DNA of 64,000 nt from Octopus bimaculoides (lineage: Eukaryota). The translations under genes were made by a program, and so were the position numbers. The stretch covers positions 107,843,490 through 107,907,489 of the forward strand of contig NC_068983.1 in assembly GCF_001194135.2 (NCBI RefSeq), read 5' to 3'. A model generated the notes under the pieces. That model was not told where the DNA came from and searched no databases. It saw nothing but the letters and a program-made list of their open reading frames with translations. Shown in pieces: positions 24,721 through 36,715 of the stretch. How positions within the stretch are numbered: the first letter of the stretch is position 1; each line of letters opens with the position of its first letter.

Positions 24721-27700
24721 TGTTTTCTTTACATCTTCAATTTTTAAAAAATTTTTATACACTTCTTCTGCTCCTGTTTCCCACATTCACTTCTAATTAT
24801 TTTGTTTATGGAAAATATATAATTTATTTGAATCCTACTTTCATATTATTCTATATACCACATACACCTAATATATCTTATAATGAATAAAGTTAATACT
24901 TTGTTTTTAAATAAAATAGTCCGAGATGCTCACCTGATATCTTGTAATTGGTGATATCAGTATATCTTGTATAAACTGTCTAAGCTCACTGTAAACAGTG
25001 AGAATAGGAGATACAGTATAATTGCTGAATAATATGCTGTACTAGAATCAAATCTTTCCATAATCCAGGAATAGGCAATAGAAAAATTCTCCCCAAGAAA
25101 TTTTCTAATCAACAAAAGTATATTATCTCTGTAACACTGTCAATAATTTACAGTAGTAACAAATTTAAAAGAAAAAAATTAAAAGGTACCAATTTATTCA
25201 CTAGCAATACTCATCATTACAATTTTCTTTTACTGAGCTGCATTAGAACTATCTAAACATTTAAAGAATTGGATAGCTGCATAAAGCAACATCTTAAATC
25301 CTTTGCTGAAATTGTTAAGATTATTAATTGGCAGGTAATGGAATAGTTTTTTAAAAATGTGTATCAACAAAAGGATTTTTTATCTTTTTAAGCATAAAAG
25401 CATAGATCGTTCTAATAGCAGCCGAGGAACTGAAAAGATAGCCTGGTTCATTTGTAGTAAGTACTAGAAATTCTTAGTGATGAATGGCTTATTAATTGAA
25501 TGTTTTGTTAAATATGGTTAAGAATGCTACTGAATGAAAACTTCATTCCAGATAGTTAACTGTGTTAAAGATATACTTTTAAAACACCATGTATTTTGGA
25601 GTTCTGAGGATCAGCAATTTAACTTTTCCATGTCTAAAATGCATTTTCAAGTAAATGCCACTGAAGTTTATCTTAACCTGTGTTAGTCACATTGTTTACG
25701 GGAAGGGGGTGGTTATTGTTTAGTGTAAATGATTGTATGTTACTTGGGTTTCATTACTAAATGATCTGTGATTAACATTTCTTCATGAGTGAAATTCTTC
25801 ATTTTTAAATAATATGCTTATTTTTTTATTCATTACATATGACTATAAATAAAAACTATAAATATTCCTACCTCATTTTGGTTTATTTTATCTTTGTAAA
25901 GCAAAAGTATCAGAAGAAACACAAGTGGTAACTTCTTTCAAAAGCACGCATACACACTTACCAAAACAGACGCAGTCAGTAATTGTAAATAAATATCTTC
26001 ATTATTCCAGTCATATGTTGGAGGAGCTGATGTTACATTAGTTACTATTGTATAACAATAGACTTAAATCTGTTTATACCTTTATAGAAATAATCATTAG
26101 GGGAATGAAAAGTTGGTGTGTAATTATTTATGGCTGTGCAAAGAGCAGCAATTACTGAGAACTGAAAAGGAAATCAATGGATAAAAAAAAAAATGAAATA
26201 AAAATAGGAACAGTAGGAAGCAAGTACATTTAGCAACAGAATAGTTGCCACTACAAAATGTTAAGGGAATAGAAAAAAAATCTACCATTGAAACATTAAA
26301 CATGAGTAAATAACTTTTGGATGGCATTTACATTATGAAAATGGGAAAAATACTAAGAGAATAAATTTGTTGTAAGGTTCATGGGATTATAGGTATTGAC
26401 TCTAATGAGATGTCGTTTGTTTGGGGAATACTTAAAACCCATGTCAGAATAGAAGTTATATGTATTTAACTTTTAAAGTGAGAACTTGGAAGTAAATATA
26501 AAGTTAAAATTTATAATAGATGACATTACACATGGATAAGTTTGGGCTAGAGTTAAAGACTTCACAACTGTTACTTCCAGTATATAAATAATGACAAATT
26601 GGGAAATATTCTTAATTCAATTATAATCTAACCTGAACAGAGAGTCATTGAACACAAAATAGAAGTACTTGAAATGTGTTAAATTTCTTCACAAGCTGCA
26701 AAAATCACTTTCCTGGGTTTATTTGTGGTAGTGCACAGTTAAAGGTTGTTTGAAGTACAAATCAGTGTCAAAAGAAAAAAAAATCTCTCTGAAATTGGTC
26801 AGTGACTGGTCAGTTTTGATTTTTCTAATACTTGGAATGAAATTAACGTTTGTAAGTGTGTGTGAATGACATCGGTCAACCAGTAAAACTATAAAACATT
26901 AACAGTAATATGTTGTATATTCAAATAATATAAATATCATTTAACAGGGTATTATATGTGTAATATTTATTCTAATAATTCTAATAATTTTTGAAGTTGC
27001 AAATATTCGGCATAGAACTTCAGGTTTGATCTTGATAAATTTGATATTACCAGACTCTGAAATAACTTTCTGAATGGGTATTTTTGACCTTGAAGTATTG
27101 TTCTCCATTATATATATATATATATAAAAAAAAAAAAAAAAAAAAAAAAAAGTGATAGTGAATTAAATTTCATATCATACCATAATTAACTGGATATTGT
27201 AGATATCAAGTTGTGTAATAGTTTTAGTTAAAATGAGCCATACTAAGTCACTATTCTGACTTGCTTGTTCCAAATAATTGGAGGACATAATGAATTATCA
27301 ATATCACAGATAAAATCTTATAGAATATATGAAAACAGTTTTAATGATGTACTCGGAGATACTTAAGGACATCTTATTTCATTTTGTTTGAATGCCTTTA
27401 AGAAATGAAGACCAATTTTTTAAAAAAATCTTCATTTACAAAATTTTAGAAACTATGGCCTCAATAGTAAGTGATGTACTAATGTTCTGTTTACAGTGTA
27501 ATATCAGTCAATAATTTGTAACTCATATAATACAGGTCATATTTTGTATCATGGTATAGTTATAAAAGAAGATTTTTCATCCAGCAAGAGAGAGGCTTAG
27601 GAAGCTAAAATAAATATATCAATGGTCTGAGATTTTGCTAAATCTATTTAAAAAGTAAAACAGCAGAATCTGAAGAAACTAGTGATGTTCTGTATTATCA

Positions 27701-27741
27701 AAAAGTAATACAAATAATCCAAATAGTAGAATTAATTTTAA

Positions 27742-27831
27742 GCTGTGGGAAAGAAGAAAGTCTAATGTTTTGAGCAGTACCCTTTATCAGAGATGATAAA
27801 ATGTCAGTTGACATCTCTTCTTCCTCACAGC
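27742..27831. repeat. 90-bp hairpin cassette with 16-bp inverted ends
   Basis: gctgtgggaaagaaga (27742-27757) vs tcttcttcctcacagc (27816-27831), 14/16 complementary. The interior reverse complement ctgataaagggtactgctcaaaacatt resembles a decayed hammerhead core. Confidence 0.55.
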
Positions 27832-28291
27832 ATAGACTTTATCCCACCATTTGAACTATTTATTAAATAACATAGATTCAGAATATGATTGTGGTAATAA
27901 AATTAATACTTTTAATAGTTATTTTTTTTTACAGTAATATAATATATAACACATTGGTAATAATTTGTGTCTCTCAGGTGATACTTAAAATTATGAGCTG
28001 TGAATAAATATTTCGTTCAAAATAATATAGCAAATAAATTAATCTAAAACGGAATATACTAAATGATGATTGGAGCACTAAGTGAATATATATGAAATGA
28101 TTGGGAACTAAAGGAAACCATCAAATCTAGTTAAGCTTTAATGCTGTTGGAGGAATCAGACTTTGCTGTGATAGAAAGGTCTGACTCAGTGTTGAAAGTG
28201 TTAATAGCAAATTAACTTTTATTAATTTTTTTTGAAATACTGGAGTTGCAGAAAAAAGAGGAATAAATCAAGTTGGTTCTTGTCATATTGA

Positions 28292-28429
28292 ATATCTTTA
28301 TTGGATTCTTTTAATAAAAACGATTTGTTTGAATATATTCTCAAAGTTATAAAAGGAGAGGCAGTTCTAGAATTTTATTCAACATTAATATGCCCATTTC
28401 CATCTAATTTTCTAAAATCACACCAATTG
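28292..28429 (+). pseudogene. Possible first-exon remnant of lines-like pseudogene
   Basis: NDLFEYILKVIKGEAVLE resembles recalled LINS1 N-terminus LEELYKKVLLGATLE. Donor-like TTG|GTAAT at 28430, but there is no in-frame ATG and the phase does not match the next exon. Confidence 0.35.
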
Positions 28430-29471
28430 GTAATAGAATAAACAGTATTTATGTAACACAACTTTCTAATAATTCTCCAGTATCTTGTAAGAATATGTTT
28501 ATAAAAAAATTCTTAATAATTCTAAATGATGAAATAAATAATTATCTCTTATAATTAAATATATTTTATATGGTCAAATATTTCTTTTTAATAATCATTG
28601 TAATCAAATATTTTGAAAGCCCCTTTTCCTTTTTAGACCTTATCAGTTGGGTTTCTATGATAAATGTGTTGTATAACTAGTGATATGCCTATCCACCAAT
28701 GTGATAGCTTTCACTATTGTATACTTCTGTTTTGAAAATATTGTTAGCACTTTGCAGAACCAAGTTTGAATTTCATTCCAATGAGAATTCCAGAACAGAA
28801 GCATCTATCATAATCAGTAGTTGAACCACACACAAAAAAAAAAAGAAAAAAAATTTAAGTACAGTTTGCAAAAGTACAGTCATTTCACCCTATATGGTTG
28901 TACATAGAGATCTGTTTCTTATTCTCTTTGTATGTAATAAAAAATAACATTTTATTTTTTGTGAGTTCTTATCATAAAAATGTATTTAAAAAATCAGAAA
29001 TTTCTTCAACAACTATTATTCAGTATAGGCAACAACTAAAAGTTTCAACATTTAGCATCCAAATGGGTATTTTTTTCTGTCTCATTCATCAATGGCAGTA
29101 ATTGCCATAATGTTAAACAAATTAGGGTTATGGTAATGAAAGAGACTGACAAATGTAGGTGTATTATATTGACTTGATTTATGACACAAGACCCTAACAT
29201 TTCAATGATATCCAGTATTTATTTCTTTTTTCTTTACTAAAATTAAAAAGAAAACCTGTTAAAATATAATTGAAAACAAATGAAACACTTAAGTAGTTTA
29301 TCTGACCTACAGTCATAATTACTACAAATTAAAACAACTTGGTTCAAACAACCATAGAACCATTAGAAAAATACACTTAGACAAGCGTGAAGAAAACTAA
29401 CCAAGATTCAAGTGCACTTGAGGAGAAGGAGGAGTAACCATTCTAAAGAACATTGATTTAGCTCTTTTTAG

Positions 29472-29760
29472 ATCTCACTTATGCTGTTGTAACAATGGAT
29501 AGCTATTTTCTGTTACCATCACTTCTTGCTCTCTCTTCAAGTTTAGTTGAATTTGGTTGTTCTTTTACTCAGTTTATGTCTAACATAATATCATATAGCA
29601 AGCTGAATAGGCCTTATATTGACAGTTGGAATAAATCAGAAAACATTTCTATGACCATTAAAATAACCACATCAAATACTCAGAATTGTGGAAGAAGAAA
29701 GGAATTTGAGACAACTGAATTACTGCTTTTGTTACAAAAGTTATTTTCTGTTGAAAGAGT
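29472..29760 (+). pseudogene. lines-like exon remnant with fully open frame
   Basis: Acceptor gctctttttag|AT (29471), about 96 open codons ending TELLLLLQKLFSVER, donor AGAGT|GTAAGA (phase 2). Phase matches the 30229 acceptor. Confidence 0.6.
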
Positions 29761-30228
29761 GTAAGAAAGAAGAAAAATAAACAAACAAAACAAAATATTT
29801 TGATTCCAAAATATGAATAAACATATAGAACAGTAATTTCTATTATTTTTGAATGACTAAAAATTTCACTTATATTTTACTATCACTTTGAGTAAGAGCA
29901 AAGAAAAAAATGGAAAGAGAGTGAAAGAGAAAAGAAAAACAAAAGAAAATAGATGAAACCTAAAGAGAAAGAGAAAAAAAAAAATCAATTTCCAAGTAAA
30001 TTTTGGTAGGTTTTGAAATAAAGCAAAAAAAAGTAACATTAAATGAATGACATGAAGTAGCACCATTGCAAGCATCTTAATGGTTGTTGTTATTATTATT
30101 ATTATTGTTATTATTATTATTATTATCATTATTATTACATTCAATTTCTAGTATACCTCAGAACTTGCCATATGAAATGATGTAAAACATGTTCATTATT
30201 TTCTTTCTTTTGTTTGTTTCTATATCAG

Positions 30229-30426
30229 AGAAACTCAATGTGAAATATTCTAAGGTGACTGATGCAGTTTACTGGATCATGTTAAAAGTATGGCTCAAGA
30301 GCTTTTTTTTTATGTGGATAACAATGACAAGTTTTAGCTGCTCAGCTAATCTGCCAATCATAAATATTCAGTATTTCCTACTAAATGTTTGTCTTGTTTA
30401 GAAACAAAGATCAAATATCAATAAGG
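30229..30426 (+). pseudogene. lines-like exon remnant with two stops and a frameshift
   Basis: Strong acceptor ttttctttcttttgtttgtttctatatcag|A. The phase-2 frame reads ETQCEIF*GD*CSLLDHVKSMAQELFFYVDNNDKF (stops 30251, 30260), then shifts to AAQLICQ, like recalled LINS1 LLESAKV...NSDKLLSHMAAQCL. Confidence 0.65.
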
Positions 30427-30854
30427 GTGTTTATGCAATACGTAATCTAGACTTTGTAATTTTTATGAATTAAATTAGAATATTTGCTATAATTTATGTA
30501 TATGCTCCAAATTTTAGTGCTCTTTGTACACAGTTCCTAAAACATTGCAATACAGAATGCAGCAAATATAAGTTGCAGGCTATATTGCTCAAGACACTAA
30601 CCATGCTAATTTCATAATTTATATAATTTTATACTTTCGCTCAGTCATATCTATTTACAAATACACACACACATGTGTATGCATGTGTTTATATACATAC
30701 ATACAGACACACACACACACAAACACTCAAACTTAAATATTGATGCAAATAATATATATATGCAAACATTCTTATATAGAGATACATATACATACATACA
30801 CATATATAATTACATATATGTGTGCATATATGTATAGATATATTTATATATAAG

Positions 30855-30885
<31 letters not shown>

Positions 30886-31308
30886 TATATTTGTGTATAT
30901 ATATATATTAATTCTATATATTTGTATACATATGGATATACAAATATGTGCACATATATATATAACACACATATAGATATTCATTCAAGCTGATACTCAA
31001 GTTCATTGCAACTCCAAATACCTATTTCTTGCATGTTCTATAACATGCGTGCACACACACATTCATGTGTTGCCTCGAATAAATTTGCAAAAAATGAGAT
31101 ACAAGTAGTAACAATCAAGCTTTAGCTTCAAATATATGAATTTCATTACATGTATTGAGTACTTTTCTGTCGTTTGTATATGCAAATGCATATATATATT
31201 TATCATGCACACATTTTTTTATATAGAAAGAATAAAACACTGGTGAGTGTGTATGACTTAGTTGATCTGTTTTTTTTTTTTTTCGTTTTTTTTTTTTCAA
31301 ATATACAG

Positions 31309-32250
31309 ATCACATAAGTAATTTAACTTGATATTGAGTGGAAGACTTTAGGACTGGTTGTAAGTTTGATACAGAAAGAAGAAACGGGTTTAATACCAAT
31401 TTGATGACTTACAATATTAGTATTTTATATATAATGACAAAACAAAATATGTGTTTGAAGAGCACTGTGTAGAGTGATGTTAGGGTTTAGATATTGTCAT
31501 AAGCTATCTTAACCTTTCTTCCTTACATAATTTCTTAAATAAGAACCTCTGGTATATCCAGATAAGCAGTCATATAAAATGAACAAAGTATATAATCTTT
31601 AAATTGATTTAGCTATAGCTAATGAAGAATTAGGTTCAATAAAATAATATAACATTTGTATCAGCCATACAATTATGCTTCTTTCAGTCAGTTTACTGAC
31701 AACAAACATTTACAAGAAAGGAAAAAAGCTGTTACAGAATATTTAGTTATCACGCTATTTTGTGCTTACAATGTCAATCCTTCAACTGTTGATGGAAGTT
31801 TTCTTATCTGGAGTTGTTACCTTATCTTTTCTATGTATATTGTATTTTTTTCTCATTTTATTCAGTTAAATAGTTTTTGAAATGTTTTGCATTAATACTT
31901 ATGAAAACCATAAGCACAAGGCCTTTATGTAATTCTTTGATATCCATGCGTTTTCCAATATCATGAGCAGCATAAGTGAAATGTCTACAGAAGAAATTGA
32001 AACTGAGTATGAAGTCAGGTCAGCAGGGGCATACCTCTGCTCTAGAATGCTCACCTCTGAACTACGTTATTAAACTTGTAATGAAATCAAAATTCTGTAG
32101 AGATGGAATAGGCATTCAAATTGATTCAGTAGTAGTAGTAAGGAAGATGTCAAACTTTGACTGTCCTAAGTTATTAAGCATTACAAAAGGCACAAGTTTT
32201 CCATCTGTGTCATGTTGGTCTTATCACGCTAATCTGCTTTTATGTAAACA
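31309..32250 (+). pseudogene. Large lines-like exon remnant, heavily disrupted
   Basis: Poly-T acceptor ...atatacag|A at 31308. One frame gives MSILQLLMEVFLSG...VFEMFCINTYENHKHKAFM* with spacing similar to recalled LINS1 FLDLLELL...LEV...VKRKV. Several stops are present. Confidence 0.5.
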
Positions 32251-32519
32251 TTAAAATTCATTTGAACATTAACCCACATTAACTGAAAATAACTTATTCT
32301 ACAGTTATGATTATTTATTATTGATTAATCTTTAAATTCTAGAGAAACATAACATGATTTTAGTTTTCTACAAATATTTCATTTTAAAATTTAATTTCAA
32401 TGATTTATGCTTACTGAATATTCATAAGGATACTTTTAAATTTCTTTAATGAATTCTATTAATGACATATTGATTTTCACTTTCTAAGTAGGTGTCATAC
32501 TTGTAAAATTAAACTCACA

Positions 32520-32690
32520 GGAATGGCTACTTGGTTATGAAGTTTGCTTCACAACTAAGTTGTTTTCAGGTTCAATTCCACTGTGTAGTACCTTTGGCAA
32601 GTGTTTTCTATCATAGTCTTGGGTTGACCAAAGTCTTGTGAGTGGTATTTGGTAAACAGAAACTGTAAGGAAGCTTGTTAGAGGGATCAT
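32520..32690 (+). mobile_element. 5' fragment of OR2-like SINE
   Basis: ggttcaattccactgtgtagtacctttggcaagtg...gaccaaagtcttgtgagtgg. Confidence 0.7.
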
Positions 32691-34310
32691 TCCTGTTCTT
32701 GGATGGTAGACTTAATCTGTAATCCAATTTAACTCTGCCACCTGGCTATTAGGTACCTTTAGCAAAGTATACAAACATTTGATCCAGGTCTCTGGTTTGA
32801 GAAAACTTCCTCTCACCAGTCTTCAAGGCCCTGAAAAGTCTTAAGTACTGCCTTTCCTCCTCTGACTAAGCCATGAAAAAACAAATCTGTAATGGAAAAC
32901 TATCCAGTGGTGAGTTTCGTAACATAGAGATGAATAATATGAAATTTATGGTGCTTTACAAAATTGAAAGAAAACTTGTATGTTCATAATAATATTTTTA
33001 GAATTTAAAACTTTAATGTTTTTAATATTTTGCCTAGAAATGTCAATCTGTTATTCTTTTAGGATCTAAGACACTTGTTCCTTTCTATTTTGAATTTAGA
33101 ATCCTGTTATTTGAAACATGTAATTAAAGTCAATAAATTGTTCATACTATATACTTATTCAAAGCTACTGAATTGGTAATGTGCCAAACATTGCTTGTGA
33201 ATTAAATTATTAACCAATTCTCAATATTCCTTCCACTAAGAGAACGATTTTAAAGTTGTAGTCAGATTCGTCTGGTATGATATAATTATTGACCATGCAA
33301 TATATTTATCTATCATTTGTACATTTGACAACTTTTCTGGTGGAATGGTTAGTTAATTTAGATTAGTAAATGACCTATCCAATCTTAAATCTTAAACCAT
33401 AAAGTGAAAATTGTGTGTAAATGTCCAGGAATTTTAAGGCAAGTAGATAATCTAACATTACCAAATTGCATTCACTGAGAGGAAGCATTCCATGTAGCAT
33501 TTTGTAAAATATTGATTTAATAAAATGATGCGATGCTTTAAAATTAGAGTGGAGTGGGAGTGGTAAGTTATGCCTTTTAAAGAAATTGGAGCAGGAATTG
33601 AATCAGTTCCAACTAGGAACTAGCATCTTATTGGCTGAGAATTGAATATTGTACTTCAGTGCCTGGTGCAATTAGTTGAATAATGACAAGGAATCATACT
33701 GAACTTGGAGTTATGTAGTTTGGTTTGTCACTCATATGCAAATATTGTACCTTTTATAGAATGAAGGAGTATTTTAAGGATATGAATATTTTTGTTTATT
33801 TCTATGATTTGTTGTTTTAAAACAGTTTGGTAGGAATGCTGAATTATGGAATGCATTTAAAATCCTTAAAATAAATCCATTCTAAAATTTAAGTGGGAAG
33901 ATCCGAATATTTCTTTAAATGAAATATAAAAGTATATCATTTCACGTAAAGGCATGGAGCCTCATATCTACAGGAGTCAGGAAATAGAAAGTTGACATGA
34001 TTTTCTCAAAGGCATTAACAATGGCAGTGAAGTGGCTCCAACAGGGAATTGAAAATGGGGATCAGATTCTATTCACCATAAATTTACCACTACACCACAA
34101 AATAAAATATAAAAATTGTTGATTTGGGATTTTAAATGATATGTTTGTAAGGATTCAAGGGACAAATTACCGTTTTGGTTTTTCTGATTAAGAGTGAAAA
34201 GCTCATATAGTAAAAGATTTAACTAATACATAAGGTTCTGAACCTATATAAGAATACTTCTGCCATGATTCTGTAGCTGCACTGTCACCAAGACCCAAGT
34301 TACATGTGTA

Positions 34311-34318
34311 TACATATA

Positions 34319-34402
<84 letters not shown>
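34311..34402. repeat. (TA)n microsatellite (representative of many TA/CA/AAT/GAT tracts)
   Basis: Near-pure TA run. Similar tracts occur at 1-46, 2427-2500, 15656-15719 and 42200-42316. Confidence 0.98.
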
Positions 34403-34408
<6 letters not shown>

Positions 34409-34689
34409 CTGCATTTATGTATGTATTTATAATTAAACAATAAATTCATTATTACGCTAGAATTATACAACCCATTTGTGTATAAGCATGTGTATTTATA
34501 TGTGTGTGTGTGTGTGTATGTATAGATATACATAATATATAGTGGACATGGATATATGTTAGTGGAATAAACAATGAGTGCTAAATGAGACCTAATTTCC
34601 ACATTCCCTTAATGTGTTATCTCTATGCCATTGTTGTATATTTGTAATATATGTATATGATATTAGATGTGACAAATACATATGTAATA

Positions 34690-34738
<49 letters not shown>

Positions 34739-34921
34739 AATATATATTTATATGTATGTAATATATGTATATAATATTAGATGTGGCACATATATATATA
34801 TATGTAATATATATATAAATTAGATATAACTGTAATATATGTGTATATATATATATACATACATTACGCTATAGGTAATGTATGTAATATACATATATGT
34901 AACATATATATTATATATATG

Positions 34922-34957
<36 letters not shown>

Positions 34958-35749
34958 CATATATAAATATATATGTATGTAATATACAGTTTCATCATCA
35001 TCTAGCATGGAAAGTGAACGTCAAATAATGATAATGTAATATAGATATATATTTTATATATATAATATATATGTCATAAATATATATGCATTATATATAT
35101 ATATATATTACTAATACACACACACACATGGTGAGTAGACAAATGAAAGAGGTACTCAACACATTTGGTAGGACTTACATATATTATTATATAATAACAG
35201 TTTAATTCACCCAATGCGACTTAAAGTTTTGTAGTCTCATCAGGCTTAAGCAATTCGGTCATCTAAGTCTGACAAACTAGGTTTGCATGATGAACCTACA
35301 AAACAAAGTTTCATAGAGCCAAAGCAAACTGTTATTAAATAATATACACACATATATATACATACACACACGTACACAAACTTATATATGCAAATGGGTT
35401 TTATATAAATGGGTGTTGATTAAACACATGTCTACTTATCCTATAACTGTTCAGTAAGAGACAAAAGATACAAAAAAAGATGAAACATAAAAGTAATAAT
35501 GATAATAATAATAATATTTTTTATAAAAAATTGAGAAGAAGAGAACTATGAGTAAATTTCTTTTGTTTATCTTTTAATAACTGTCATTGTTCATCTGTAA
35601 TTCAACTTAAATGAAATTAAACCAACGATCATGAAAAAGAAGAGAAGTGTATACTGAAAAACACAATAGGGGGTGCAAGTAAAATATGTTTGTTCTACAG
35701 AGACAAGACATCCATACTGTCTGTGTGGGAAGAGATTTGTTTTTTCTTT

Positions 35750-35788
<39 letters not shown>

Positions 35789-36299
35789 GGTAGAAGGTGA
35801 TGAAGCTACAGTGCAAAAAGTAGATGTAGTTACCTACTAGTGTTCATTTAAATTACATTTCAGTAGAAGCTGTGTATGTTCCAGCTGGTTTTTTAGTAAT
35901 TTTTTTCTCTCTTTTCACATTTTTTTTGTTGTTTTATAGATTTGCACGGTGCAAAGATCTTAACGCAGTCTGAGGTGCCACAAATGAAATGATAAAAACT
36001 GTATATGAGTAAAATAATGATCAGACATTGCACAGATTCTGGCATACACACAGTTTTGAATGTTTTGATAGATCTAAATAAAACTGAAGTATTGTTACAC
36101 CATCTCAACTTCTAGTTCCCCCTAGCTGCAGCAAAGCAACAGAACTGATGATGTGTAATGGGTTTTTAGAAGTCTTCAGAAGGCTTATTTACAACTGGTT
36201 TCAGTTTAAAGCTTTATTGTTCAATATTTTTATTAGTATAAATTTACTTGTTTTTCCAAACATATCCAGAATTTATACACCTTTCTACAATGGTTGTAG

Positions 36300-36715
36300 A
36301 AAAACAAATGAAATGATCCACATACAAAATGCTAAAAAGCATTACACATTATTTGTCAATATTCCACAAACTGGCCAAAGACACAACACATCATATTGCG
36401 TCATACAAGTCCTGTGGAATTTTCATTCAAGCTATATTTGTTGTTGGTCATGAAATGTGTTCTGTTATTTCCTGTGATTCTGAACAGATGGCATGGCAGT
36501 TGTATGGGTCTATGTTTGGCCTGTGTGCAGGAGAACAGGGGGTAATTTGCAACTATTTTCCCTGCCGGAACAAATAAGAAATCTGTCAAGCCAGCCAGGC
36601 AATCACTATAAACTCCTATAACAACTGCCATAAATGTCTGAATCGTATTCACAGTAGATGTGCCTGCCTTTTGGACAAATTTTATCACAGCTGTTTGCTT
36701 CTCAAAAGTGGCCAT
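36300..36715 (-). mobile_element. Decayed mariner transposase N-terminal (HTH) remnant
   Basis: MATFEKQTAVIKFVQKAGTSTVNTIQ...YSDCL resembles the mariner N-terminus (EQRAVIKF..K.G.S..E); frameshifted downstream. Confidence 0.55.

Noticed and set aside
32870-32915. ATG-initiated mini-exon with GTGAGT donor (MKKQICNGKLSS)
   Set aside because: Phase 1 does not match the phase-0 35790 acceptor, and there is no other support.
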